A stretch of 61,738 nt of DNA, counting the filler, from Bipalium vagum (lineage: Eukaryota): the NCBI GenBank assembly GCA_037834085.1. It is 3 parts of 3 records of this genome, joined end to end, with 100 filler letters (N's around TTAATTAATTAA, not from the genome) between each part and the next. Parts side by side here need not be neighbours in the genome. Positions count along the whole stretch, not along the records: positions 23,720 to 43,467 come from JBBMKC010268630.1; positions 43,568 to 61,738 come from JBBMKC010038065.1; 1 more part is not named here. One strand, 5' to 3'. The translations under genes and the position numbers were made by a program. Shown in pieces: positions 25,605-51,400 of the stretch. The notes under the pieces were generated by a model, which was not told where the DNA came from, did no database searches, and was given only the letters and a program-made list of their open reading frames with translations. How positions within the stretch are numbered: position 1 is the stretch's first letter; every line of letters starts with the position of its first letter.

Positions 25605-26075
25605 AGTAATGCATAATCTATTTTTCGTTCGCCGTTATTAAGCAGTCAAAAATGGTTTATAATTATAGCGGTTTAAGTGCATTCTGCATATCAAAGACCT
25701 TAAGCGATGTGTTAACTGAGTTCATAAGGAAACCCCATTTACCGGAATGCATAAAACTCCTAAATGGGTTTCAATTGTCGTTGAACTGATGCCTATAATT
25801 TATAAAATTTTTTCAATTGAGTAGAATTTTGTTCCACAACAGCCCGCAATTAATCTAAATCAAATTTAACCAAAGGTTCTGTTTTAGGAGCATTTTGGTA
25901 GGTCAAAATTTTCTCTACTAAATCTGATAAGCCATCGTTGGCATTTACGAATCGTAAGGACTTCAGATAGATTTCAGCGGTATTTACAGTCGATGTCCTT
26001 TGGCTATGACCCAAATTTTACTTGAACAGAATCCAATCGCAAATACGTTTATTAACTGCATTTTTCAATTTTCTT
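25605..26075 (-). mobile_element. mariner 5' transposase fragment
   Basis: TIRKCQRWLIRFSRENFDL (HTH region) and LITANEK*I (ITGDEKWI-like). Heavily decayed. Confidence 0.6.
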
Positions 26076-26992
26076 CTAAATTTCAAATTCCGCAAAAATA
26101 TGGAATAATTATTTTTGGATAACACTTTACATTTACTGTTAAAAACGACACCTAATATTTTTAGAACTTAAACTGAAGGACTACTCCTATAAAATTTAAT
26201 ATAATAATTGATTTCTTAAGCAAGAATAATAATATTATTAACCAATTGCATTTTGATAATAATATCAAAATCATTTTTCAAAAATTAAAATTTTTTTTAA
26301 CACTGATCTTAATCTTACTAAATATTCACTTCCTAATAAATTTTAACCTTGGTATTTAAAATTGCAAAAATATGTTCAACTAAACAAATTATTTTTTAAA
26401 AAATGTATAAAAAAATGAATAGCAAAATGTTTTAAAATTATTATTAAATATCAGTTACTAAAAAGATAAATTAAATTATTATAATAGATATCTTTCAGTC
26501 TTCACAATATAAATTTATTAAAGCTGGTCTTTCAAAAAACTTCGAATGGAATTAAAAAATAGCATCACTGAATGTAATTGAATTACAGTTTGATTTAAGG
26601 TAAAAAATTCTGAAATATTTCGAATTCTTCAAGGAAATAGTTTAAGCACTGATTACGTTTAGAAATCCTTTGATATCTGGAATTAATCGAACACAATAGA
26701 CAGAATACAAGTACTGGTTTTAAACCATCTTCTGTTAATATTAGGAGCACTTTATTACACAGAACACAAAATTAATAAATAAAACAACCAATTTAAAAAA
26801 TCATAAGACAAAAAATCAATAAAATAATCTCTAAACGCATTAAAAAAGAGAAAGAAAAAGTAAAATCAGCATCTTTACAACTTATTTATATAATAATAAT
26901 AAAAATAATAATAATAAATTATAATAATAATAATAAAATAGAAACACAAATTCATGAGAAAAAATAAAGCAAAAAACGTGAAAATCATTTTA

Positions 26993-39214
<12,222 letters not shown>

Positions 39215-40941
39215 TTTTAAATCTTCGCTAAAATATTTTTTTCATTAAAATATTACAAAATAAAATCAATTTAAAACAATCTGAAAAATATATTAATTTT
39301 ACTTCTGTTATTACTCTGTAAATAGATTAAGTGTACTTAATTATGGAATGAAGAAATTTTCATTTGTATGGACCACATATTGAATCAATTAAAAATTAAT
39401 CATGAAATTTTGATAAATAATATAGGATGTAAATTTTTTTTTAATTTTCAATACTATTATATAATAAATTGTAATTAAATTTTTCATAAAAATAAAGTTT
39501 TTAATATTTTAAAATATACAGATTAAATAATAATTTGAATTTACTTTAAAATATTGGATCTATTTCGGTAGATGTGCCACCTTTTGACGTTTGTTTTAAT
39601 TCATCAAATAGAGCAGCTTTATTAGTATATAAATTTGATTAATTAAAAAATTATATTCAAAACTGATTTAACTTATTTAATGTAAGAAAATTATACTAAA
39701 AAATTAAATAAATAATTACGAATATCCTTTAGATCATATACCAAATTTCAGAAATTTGTGAAATACTATTATATTTAAAAAAAGAAAGGTCAATAGAATT
39801 TCTGATAAATCAAAACTTATTGCCTCTTGGTAAAGCATGCCCAAAATGTAACAAGCCTATGAATATGGAGATGAATAACAAGCGGCCTAGACGCGGAAAT
39901 AAAAAATTCCGTAAGACAATTTTAATAAAAAGTGAAACAATATTTGAAGGTCAAAAAATACAATTTTCAAAAGTTTTATTTTTGGCTAAATAAAATGCCA
40001 ACAACTTTAGTAATGTGATCTCAAATTCATTAGAATGTAAAGATACAATTATCGGAGGAGAATGTATGATAGTCGAAATCGATGAAACCAAAATGGGGAA
40101 AAGAAAATATCACCGAGGTTATCGTGTTGAAGGTCCTTGGGTTCTCGGTGGTATAGAACTTACAGAAGAAAGAAAGAAATTTCTTATAAAAATACCTGAT
40201 CTTTCTTCAGATACATTAATAAATATAATTACGAAACATGTCAAACATGGAACAATCATACACACCGATATGTGGAAAGGATATACTGGATTAGCTCAAA
40301 ATGGATATGAACATGAAACTGTCAATCACTCGGTTTTATATAAAAATCCAATTACTGGTGTCCACACCAATAATATTGAAGGTATCTGAAATGGTTTAAA
40401 AAAGCAAATTAAACCAAGGAATCGAAATTCTGAACACATACAAGAAAATTTGTTCGATTGTATTTGGAGAAGCATCCATAAAGCAAATATATGGGAATCC
40501 TTTCTAAAAGTACTCGCTTTATATTAATTATACCTATCTATAGAAGTAAGGATTAAAAAATTAAATAATTTAATACTTATATTTTAAATCTAGGAACATT
40601 AAAACTCCTTGATCAGTAAACCAAATGGACAAAATTATGTAAAAATTATTTATGTATTTTTTTAATAAATTTTACTTAATTCGTTGTTTATTATTTAATA
40701 AATATTCAAAGAATAATAACTCTTACTTAACAATCAATGTATAAACATGGCTCTAAAGAGGACCGTTATCATTCACATAAATATATAAGTAAATAAATTC
40801 TTTGTTTAATATTTAATAAATTTTCAAAGAATAATAAATTTTACTTAACAAATAAAAGTGTGGAGACTACGACCAAATCCATCCAATCTACCCAAACCAT
40901 CACCATCAGTTCCGTCAGTCCCAATCCCTCCAAGTGATCAA

Positions 40942-41005
40942 TGAATTCATAATTGAAACATTTGACATTGTATTGAATCCATAATTGAAACATTTGACAT
41001 TGTAT
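40942..41005. repeat. 32-bp tandem duplication
   Basis: TGAATYCATAATTGAAACATTTGACATTGTAT, two copies. Confidence 0.85.
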
Positions 41006-42089
41006 TAACCTTTTTATATATTTGTGATTTTTAATGTTGTATTGACTTTCTATAATCATAGTATTGTATTGTTTTCTTATATTTGTGGCATTTTATTTCC
41101 TTTTTATTTGATATAATATATGTATTAAAGAAAAATCGATTTTGACTGATAATAAATAATTAAACGATAATTAAATAATAATAAATAATAAACAAAAGGA
41201 AGTGAAATAGCATAAAAAGGTATAGTAATGGCATATATGAATATTAGCATTAATAAATAAGATAAGATATAGTAATAACATGTATCAGTATTAGTAGCGA
41301 TCATATTTTTTTTATTTACCTGTAAATTATATTTAAAAAAAAAATATTACTATGGTAACATCAAGTTACCATTAATAGAAAACTAATAAGAATTTTTATA
41401 TCAAAAAATGATTAAAATAAAAAAAGCAGGATAATAATATTATAATAAGAAACAGAGGCTTACCAATTTTAAAAGAGAAGGATTTAAGAAGCATATAAAA
41501 GCAAGCAGAAATTGCAAGAAAATCAGACAAAAAAATATAAAGGAGTAAAAAAAATTAATTTCAAGCAAACGGACTCAGACAAGACCAAATTCTATCAACA
41601 TTTAGCCTACTGAACGTAAATCAATCAACCAAAGAAAATCATCATTCAAACAGAGATCACACCCACAACGGATAAACGATTACCAGGACTAGCCAACGCA
41701 ACCTCAACCAGAAGAACAGAGTATTTAAGAAACAGTAATCAGCAAAAAAAAGAAACAGAAGCAAAATACTATACTGAAAATATCGCTCGCGAATCCTCCA
41801 GGAGAAACAATCAAAGTTCAATACGTTAGTTGATACCAATAACCAAACGACATTACCAATACGTGGAAATCAAACATTCAAAGATCAAGTGGACAACTTT
41901 ATGCTTTTTTTTTGATAAAGTAAATATTTTTTATAAAACTTGTAGCACATTTGCTACAAAGTTTTTATTATAATAATAAATTTTAGTATCTTTATAAATT
42001 GTTATTTTATTAGTAGTATTTTAAAGATAAGTTGTGGAAAGTTTTAAGTAAAAGAATTTGATTTATAATAATAATTAAATCTTTATACT

Positions 42090-42586
42090 TGTTGCACTCG
42101 TCTTGCTTATCTTAAATAAGCCTTATATTCATATTTTTATTTCATTCCTTAATTAAAACAGGAATTTTTTAGTAAATAAAAAATTAAATACTCAGGCCAG
42201 GACCGGAGGATCATTTAACTTTTTTGTTCCTTTTTCCTATTATCTTTTTCTTTTTGTTGTCCATATTTCGCACACTAAGTAGGGCAGTGAAATATATTTT
42301 TCTTCTTAATCGAGGACCTCTGAGCCTAAGTGCGAGAGGATTGTTCATAAATAATAATTATAATTATTAAAATCAAATTTATCAGTCAGAATAGATATCA
42401 CCCATTTGTAATAGTAAACTTTATTTTGAACTAAAATAAAAGTATTAAAGGTTAAATCGTTTTCTTAGTTAATTTAAATAAATCTAACCGAACACACTCA
42501 TAAGCAACCTTTAACCGTTAAGGCCTAAGTATAACAGAAAGCTCCACCTTAAAAATCAACATAACCATCATTTTAGGATCTTAACA
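42090..42586 (-). mobile_element. Probable solo LTR (~500 bp, TGTT...AACA) nested inside Merlin
   Basis: Minus-strand termini TGTTAAGATCC and GTGCAACA; homologous in inverted orientation to 42819-43467. Flanks ATACT/AAAGT are only a 3/5 TSD match. Confidence 0.55.
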
Positions 42587-42818
42587 AAAGTAATAACAAG
42601 AATTAAGAAAATAAAATATCTAAACAAAAGATGTTCTATGTGGTTCATCTACCGAAATTCATCTAAAATATTACGTTTTGAGAAAATTAAAATAATAGAT
42701 AAAAATAAATTAAAATATTAATATTTAATGTTTAATAACAATGTTGGGTTATAATAATAATAATAAAAATAATAATAATAAAAAAAATAATAATAATTTA
42801 TAATACTAACAATAAGTT

Positions 42819-43467
42819 CTGTTAAGATCCTAAGTTGGTTGGTTGGACAGAATATGATGTTAAGGTCGGAGCTAATGAAGTCTTATGTCTCAACGGTTGA
42901 AGGTTGCTTAAAGGTGTGTAAAATAACTGAATAAATGATAGTAGGTTTATTCTTTTATTTTAAAATCAAAAATAAAGTTTAAACTACAAATGAAAGGTAT
43001 TACGTGATATCGACTTTGATTGAGAAAATTTATTAATTATGTATATCTTATTTAAGAAAAATCCTCTCGCTCTTAGGCTCAGAGGTCCTCAGTGAAGAAT
43101 AAAATTATATCTCAGCGTCCTACTTAGCGTGTGAAATACGAAAAGTTAAAAAACAAAAGGTATAATGGAAATAGGAAAGAAAAAATTAAATGATCTTCAG
43201 TTCCTGGCCTGAATATTTATTTATTATTTAATTAATACAAACTATGTCTCGTCTGACAAGAGACGCTTGCTTAATAAAGAAAAAATAAAATAAATTATTA
43301 TTACAAGTTATTATGAATCGAGATAGTCTTATATTCTTAAATATAAGCTAGGAATATATTATTTATATGTTTTTATAATGATACGATAACTACTTAAAAT
43401 CGAGACTAGTCTTATAGACCTGTGGTTATAAGCTAGATTATTATTATATAAATATAAAGTCAATGAT
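42819..43467 (+). mobile_element. Second, diverged copy of the same LTR-like repeat, running to the contig end
   Basis: Starts TGTTAAGATCCTAA; shares blocks AACGGTTRAAGGTTGCTTA, AATCCTCTCGC.CTTAGGCTCAGAGGTCCTC and AAATGATCYTC.G.TCCTGGCCTGA with the reverse complement of 42186-42586. Confidence 0.6.
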
Positions 43468-43567
43468 NNNNNNNNNNNNNNNNNNNNNNNNNNNNNNNNN
43501 NNNNNNNNNNNTTAATTAATTAANNNNNNNNNNNNNNNNNNNNNNNNNNNNNNNNNNNNNNNNNNNN
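43468..43567. other. Artificial contig linker N44-TTAATTAATTAA-N44
   Basis: Same 100-nt structure as 23620-23719. Confidence 0.97.
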
Positions 43568-45251
43568 ATGAAAACAGCATTTAATTTAAATTTTAGTTAA
43601 TGTGCTTATTGTGTAATAATACGTGTTATTTTTTATAAAAAATTGAATAAAGTGTTTTAAAATTATTTATTTCTTTTATTGTTACCCTAAGAAATCTTAA
43701 AATTTCTTATTTCATTTTATTATAAAATAGCTATTTTATTAAGTGCGATTAAACTTATCGACGGTAGTGTATAAAAAATGCAATTATTTTCTCACCAACC
43801 CAATATAATAAAATATAAAAATGTGCATTGAAGTTGTTTTAGACATAATATATTCACATTTTAAAATTATATATATACATTTTATATAGTTACAATGTAT
43901 AGTTACATTTTATAAATGATCTCACAAATAAAATACTTCTTTATTTTTATTGATATTTTAGAATTTCAAGAAAAGGTACCCAGAATTCATCTTGTTTTAT
44001 TTCTAATATATTTACAAAGGATGATATGAAAAAAAAGAAAAAATGGGGTAAAATCTAAAAGGGTTCAAAATTTTTAAAATCAACAGCTTTTATTTTGAGA
44101 AACTCAAGAGGAAATGAAAAAACGAAAATCTACCGATCCAAGAACACCTAGCAAAAAAGTCTTAGGTGTAAAGTAAATGTTAACCAAATAACTTAGAGAA
44201 TTTTTGTTATCATTGTCTTTTTTATTTTTATTACATGTATTTATTTACATGTATTATTTATTACATGTATTTTAGTATAAATTATAAAGTGTGATGATGT
44301 TGAATGGATTTAAACTTATTTTGTATAATTAATGAGAGTGGAAATATTTTAGAGAAAATAAATAGGATATACAACAAATCATAAAATTATTTGTATTATC
44401 AACAGAACTTAAAAATTATGTATACATTTCATAAATATCATAAAAAGTAATAAAGCAATAATAAGTATAAGGTAAATGTTTATTAACCAAAAATAATAAT
44501 ATTGAAATGTTTACATAAAAATAAGGTTCAACTAACTTTAAACAGATTCAATGCATTTGTGGTGAAAGATGTAGATCGTTTTCAGATGAATCTGTAATAA
44601 GAGTGTGATTGAGATAGACATATTTAACAAATATATTTCTTCAGTCATTAATTGTCAATCAAATGGTAATTTGGTAAATATATTACGTAAACAAAAAGAA
44701 CTGCTGTTTGTAAACAAATTAAGTCTTGAATACTTTTTAAACCATGAAAAAGACTAAGTGACAGAGCTCTCTTCTTTATAACGAGTTCTATTCTTACGAT
44801 GACTTGTTAATCGTAAGGAATAATTTATGTGAACCATGGTCTACCAATAGCTTATTCAAAATTAATTTAAAATCAATCACAAAATGGCAATTAATAATTT
44901 TAATAATAATATGCTAATTCTACATTTATTCAAATGTGTAACTTATATGCTAGAAATTTAATTACAATAGCCGTTGCTAAATGAATAAAAATAATCAAAG
45001 GAATTTTGATTTTCACCACAAAACAAAATCGTAATAAATAAGAATTCAATGTCTTTAGGTCAAAATCAATACATAAAGAATAATTAATTTAATTGTAAGA
45101 AAATAATCGATGATCAATAATATATTAAAAATGAAATTTCAAAAATGTTTCTAAATACAATTATTTTCATTAAAACAAAAAAAGAAAATGATCAATAAAC
45201 AATCAATCAGAAGACCGATAATAAAATACAAGCACGCAAACTAACAAATTT

Positions 45252-45284
<33 letters not shown>

Positions 45285-48200
45285 ATTAATGCACTGAATG
45301 CTTCAGTATTTTTTTATTTTCTAAATGTAGTAACTTAATGTAACTATTTTATATTACTTTATATTTACTTATTTATATTTATTTATTTATATTTACTTTA
45401 TATTACTAATTAATTTTTATATTTTATGTATTATTTTTATAAATATTTATTTTTTAAAAAAGTTTTTTTTTAATATTTACTTTTTTATAAGTCTTGTAAC
45501 ATAAGAAAGAAGAATAGAAGGACTTTAGGTCTCTACTAGTCTAACTTTTCCAAAAAAAAATGATGAATGAAACTACATTAAAACGATAAATAAAACTACA
45601 CAGAATTATATTTTTCATGAATAATAAAAAATCTTTTTTCAAATGATCAATGTTCAATGCCTTTGTCACGAAATCAATGTTATGGATTCGACGGAATTCA
45701 TAAAATTATTTGGTTTGATGATGAGAGTCTCCATCAAATTAATGGTCTAGTAAATTCATCAGTTGGCTAGTTTTGTTTTCTACAAAGCTCTTTATACTTC
45801 CTAGTGTACATGAAATTAAAATTGTCATTTTAGTAATTTTGATTTCATTGATAATCCTTGATTTCAACTTTTTTTTTGCTGTTAACCATTTTTATCAAAT
45901 TTAATTACTTTATTTTTTATAGTTTTTCTTTTTTTATGTAAGTTATAATTTTTATATTTTTCAATTTTATTAATTTCTTGCTGCTATTTTTTGAAACTTA
46001 AATTTTTGCCATTAATTAAAGGAATATTTTATTAAATAATTAGTTGTATTTATTAATTAAAATTTTTAATTATTAATATAAAATTATTTTTATTTAAAAA
46101 TCTAAATCTCTATATTTAAAATAGCTATAGAGTCAAAATTTCAAAAAATTTATTATCGAAATATTTTCATTAATATGTAAATTTTTTATTTCATTAATTA
46201 TTTTCATTAACAACAATAACTTATCTTAGTTAAACAAAGAGGTGGTATGCATAATATAGCTGATCCATTTATTTTAATATAATAATCGGTATACTATCAA
46301 TTTGATAAAAGTTAGATATTATATTCATTACTAAGCCATTCACCGATCGTCCGTCTAAACCCCAAAAAATACATAATATGTTGAGGTTTCCTTCAGACTG
46401 GAGCTATTTTTTACCATGAAACGCTTTTTCTATCAATTGCTCGACTTTACTTTGTATGCAAGCATCTAACAATTAATTTATTATTAACCGTTACTTTACT
46501 TTATGTTTGTTTATACTAATTGGTTGAATGATAACCTTTCTAGTCGGTTTTAATATATGAATAAAAATCTGACTCTAAAAAATTCAAAGATAAACTGATT
46601 CACTGATAAAAATGAATATAATAAATAAAAACGTTTTCTTTGAACTAATAAATATATTTAACTGAATTATTAAAGAGAAGAGTAATCTTTCACTTCGAAA
46701 GTAAGTGAAGAGTCTCTCAGATAAAAACTGCGTTTCAACTGACTAGTTCGTCTGAACTGCGAACAAAAGATAAAACACAAGAAATAAGTAAAATATAAAA
46801 GTATTAATTACTTGAATCGATTAGTTCTTATCAATTTTAACTTTGATCCTAAATAGCTGTCGCAATTACGCTGACCACAAGACTACCGAAAAATACTTGA
46901 CCCTTTATTTTTCATTTTACTGAGTTTACCTTCTGTATTTTTACTATTTCTGAATCTGTAGGTGTCAATAGAAAGCTGTTACAATAACTCCATCTCTAAT
47001 CTGCTATGTGAACCTACCTAAATGGTGTTATGTTTATATATCAGACAAGTCACTAGAGTTAATGTGGATTCGGTTGATTGCTAATTTCGTCATAGCACTC
47101 TGAATTAAATTGGTTAATCATCAATTTTCACTTAATAAAGTTCATTAAATAAATATTTTCATTTATTTTAATTAATTTATTTAAGAACACATCACTTGAC
47201 TCAGAATTGTTTCAATTATTTGATCACTTACTTACATTAAAGTGACAAGTTAAAACTAAAAAAACAAGTTGATCAGATCCTAAAATTCTTGAACTCAGCA
47301 TCCAGCAGAACAATTTAAACTTTTTCTTTCGAAGAGAAAACAAAAATTAAACTTCTTTTAATTCACATAAAATTTTAATATTAAATTTCTTCAATTATTA
47401 GTATATTCACTAGTCAGCTGAACTTTACTTAAGTTTTGCATTTATTTATTTCCCTACTCCATTGTTTTTTAAATTTTTATTTTACGGTAGCTATCAAATA
47501 CAAATTAAGCACAACGAAGATAGGTCCAGAAAACAATTATTTACATTTAGTGAAATAAATAAATTTGATTTTTATGAACTATTTAGTTCTCCGTTTATGT
47601 ATTTATTGGTACAATAATGTATAATAAATTGTATCAAATTCAGTAGGATATATAATTTTTTAACTAACCAAAAATGAATTTATTTTTCAAAAAATAATTT
47701 ATCGTTAAATATCCGAGCTAACTATTATTTACAGATATTAAGAAATTATGTTATTCAAATTTATATTATTGTAAACCGAATAAATTTACTGGTAAGTCTG
47801 GTACATCTCATAAAAATAAGTTTTCATTTTTTAGAATTATATCAGTAGATTTATTTTTACAGAAGAAAATAATTATAAAGAAATATTTTGACAATAATAA
47901 AGATATGATGATCTTTTTAAATTCTATTTCTGTACTTTATATTTACATTTAAAATTTTTTATTCAAATTTCCGTTTTTTCCCCCATAAATTTAAATAATA
48001 TAACAACAAACAAGCAGTATAAAATATAATCCACGATCACTCAAAAATCGTTATCATCAATACTAATTACAATAGAGAACAAAGTCAAAATCCTAATAGT
48101 CAATTATAAAGTAGAGAGACAAAGATAAAGAGAGAGACCTGGCCTCAAACTAGTCAGTGTCGGTCAAATGTAATTAAATCTTCCTAATTGAGATTAACAA

Positions 48201-48432
48201 AACACGTTGCAAAATAACTCAGGTAAAATCTGAAAAATTCTAAATGTCTTAAATAGTAGAAAAAACAGAAGCAACAGATGCAGAGCACTATGGAAACTGG
48301 AAATTTTAACATGAAAGTTGGTGGAGAGAAGATTTTGAAGGCACAGAAAAAAGAAATTGAGAGCAAAAGTGAGAGAAAAGAAAGAAAATGTTAACTGTGT
48401 GAACAGAAGGCATAAACAGCAGCTACTGAATT

Positions 48433-51400
48433 TTAATTGATTGCAGCATTAATATTTGCATTGATTTTATATTTTGGCAGGCAGAGCCCAAATTTTGACT
48501 CAATTCCTTCAAATGTTGCTTGAGCAAGTTTATATCCCCCAATGTGATCGGGATTGGAAGGTAACAATTTTTCCAATCTTGCTTCTGGAGAGTGCCCGGA
48601 CAGTTTTCTGTTGTAGTGATGGAAGAGGGAAACAGCAGAAAGAAAAAATTTAATATTAAATAATAAGACAAACAAAAACACTTGCCTTCCACCAAAATCC
48701 ACGTACAAAATCCTTTGCAGCATTTCATACGCAAAGAGAGTCACGCCAAATTGAGGACTGGATCGGAAAACCCGAGCTGGACCTCCTTTCCAGAACGCTC
48801 GACCGCCTTCCTCTCGCCATATTTTTCTTGCAGCATCAAAAACACCAGAATATGTAGTTTGACCCGTCCTAGCCACAACCTGAATATGATAGACTGGACT
48901 GTTGAATTTGATTAGTAATTATATTTCTAATACTACAAAAATATACAGCAGAGTTCGCCTAATTCGAATTCGTCTACATCCAAATTTTTTACTGTCCCGA
49001 ATTTTTAAATATGAAAATACACTATAACCAATTCGTCTAATCCGAATAATTTTTTGCAAAAAAAAATGTTTTAATCCGAATTAATTAAAATTTTAATATT
49101 GAAAACTAATATACGTCCATATCCGATTTTTTAATGAACCAAATTACTTGCAACATTATTTAAATATTTTTTTATAAAATAAAAATTTTGAATTTATTTT
49201 TTACTTTATAACATTTATTTTTGAGAGAATGTTAAAAAGAAATCGAACAGAAATTTCACTAGCTAAATATAAAAATTATTAAATTTGTAGAAAATGTCAA
49301 AGAGGAAGTAAGATTGATTTTAAATATTGGAGACACTTGGAATTAAAGCTTTAATTTTAAGTGATTTTATTAAAGCCAGAAAAGTAAAATAATTAATTAT
49401 TAATGAAAGTAAAATATATGTAAATAGATCAAATTAATGAATTTAATCTAACTTTAATATAAATTTTAAAATAAATATTAATTTAGAATTTTTCTTTGTT
49501 CTTTATACATGGTTATTTTTATTTTTGTCTTAATCTTATTCAAGAATTCAGTACAATGCGATCTACTTTAAAAACCTATAAATATAAAATTTTTTTGATC
49601 AGTAACATTTACCATTTATAAAATTAAATATTTGAAATACTTTTTAAAAACTATTCAAACAAGCGTATGCTCAAGCAAAAAGCAATTTTCTAATTTACTA
49701 ATATAATAATTTTATATTATTGTAATAAAGTTAAAAAGAAATTTATACCAGGTGTGTGCAATTAATTCCCGAAATGAAGCCAAAAAATTATTAAATAGCC
49801 AAAATAATAAAACTGTTATTTTATCTAATAAAACAAATATAGCTACATGTCTATTTTAAATTCAAGGTCATACACTCACGCAGTTAATTTTAAAAAATAA
49901 TGAAATTTTAGAGGAGAGGATGTCTTAAATTTTGCTTTAAGCTCGACAAAACACAACCGAGGCACATAAAATGTTGGTACAAGATTTTGGCGATTCCAGA
50001 ATGAAGAAAACAAGCGCTTTTTAGTGGCTTTCACTTTTCAAAAATGGCCGATCAGGACGACCAATTTAAATGAGAACTCCAGAAGCAATAACACAAATTA
50101 TCAATTTAATTAATGAAGATCCAAAAATTACTGTGACAGAGATTGAAGAGGAAACTGGTTTATCCAAATCATTATCCGCAACAATTTTTAAAGATGATTT
50201 GAAAGTGAAAAAGACACCTTCAAAGTTTGTGCTGTTTCTCAGTCCGACCTAAATAAGATTAATCTGGAAACAAGCCTTAATATGCACAAGTGACTAAGTT
50301 GGATCCTATTTGGATGGGTCTATGGCTATGACTCAGAATTAAAAAACCAGTAACTCAAATAAAGGCATTAAATGAACCAAAATACAAGAAAACAAGGATG
50401 TCGAAGTCAAAAAAAAAGGTATTGCTTGTCACATTTATTGATGAGGGATTGGTTCATTATGAATACCTACTGGAAGGAACTTCAATAAATCAGAAAATGT
50501 ATTTAGGCATTCTACGCCGATCAAGAGAGACTATTCGTCAAAAAGATCAGAAAAATGAGGAAAAGGTGAATGGATCCTACACAATAATAATTTCCATCTT
50601 CATTGTTCATATTCTATCTTGACAGTTTTAAATAAAACTCAAATTCTTTCACATGCTTTTTATTCTCCAGACTCGGCTCCGTGTGACTTATTTCTTTTTC
50701 AAAAGTTAAAGATGGGTCTAAAAGGAAGAATGTTTGATACTAGAAATGACATAACAGAAAAATCGGAATTATTAGCAATTCCTAAAAGTGAATATAAAAA
50801 TGTTTCCTGGCATGGGAGAAGCATTGGCACGTGCATAAATGCAAAGAAGACTATTTTGAAAAATATTTTAAAAATAAATGCATATTTTTTTATAGCTCCA
50901 TTCCGGGAATTTATTGGTCACACCTTGCATGTAATACGTTTAAAATAATAAAATGTATAGTAATATTATTATAAATTAATAAAAAATTCTAAAATAATTA
51001 TTATTTATTTAATTTAAGCAGCGATATCAGCAAAATTATAGTTTGAACAATGTATTTTTTGTCTTTTTAAAACAATGATATTTAAACAAATTTTCCATTC
51101 TTAATAAATTAATATATTGTGTCATTAAATATCAGAATTCATGGCAATAAAAAATATTTTAAAATAAATATTAAAATTTAAATTAGGTACAATATAATTA
51201 AAATTAGAAATCAGTTTAGATACTCACAATTATATTAATTAATTTAATTTTTAAATATTTACTAAAATTAAATTAATAATAACTCCATGAATAGCCATAT
51301 TAAATTGAGATTATTTGAAAGAAAATGTAAAGTTGACAAAGAACAATTGCCACTCAAAATGAAATATAACAAGTTAAAATCTAAAATAAATAAAAATTAT

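Larger units (their letters stand above)
39556..42664 (+). mobile_element. Merlin (IS1595/IS1016-like) DNA transposon, 3.1 kb, decayed transposase at ~39740-40525
   Basis: TIRs GGATCTATTTCGGTAGATGTGCCA and TGGTTCATCTACCGAAATTCATCT; perfect 8-bp TSD AAAATATT (39548-39555, 42665-42672). Motifs CPKC, IVEIDETKMGKRKYHRG..WVLGGIE, IHTDMWKGY, HETVNHS, GVHTNNIEG. Confidence 0.92.
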
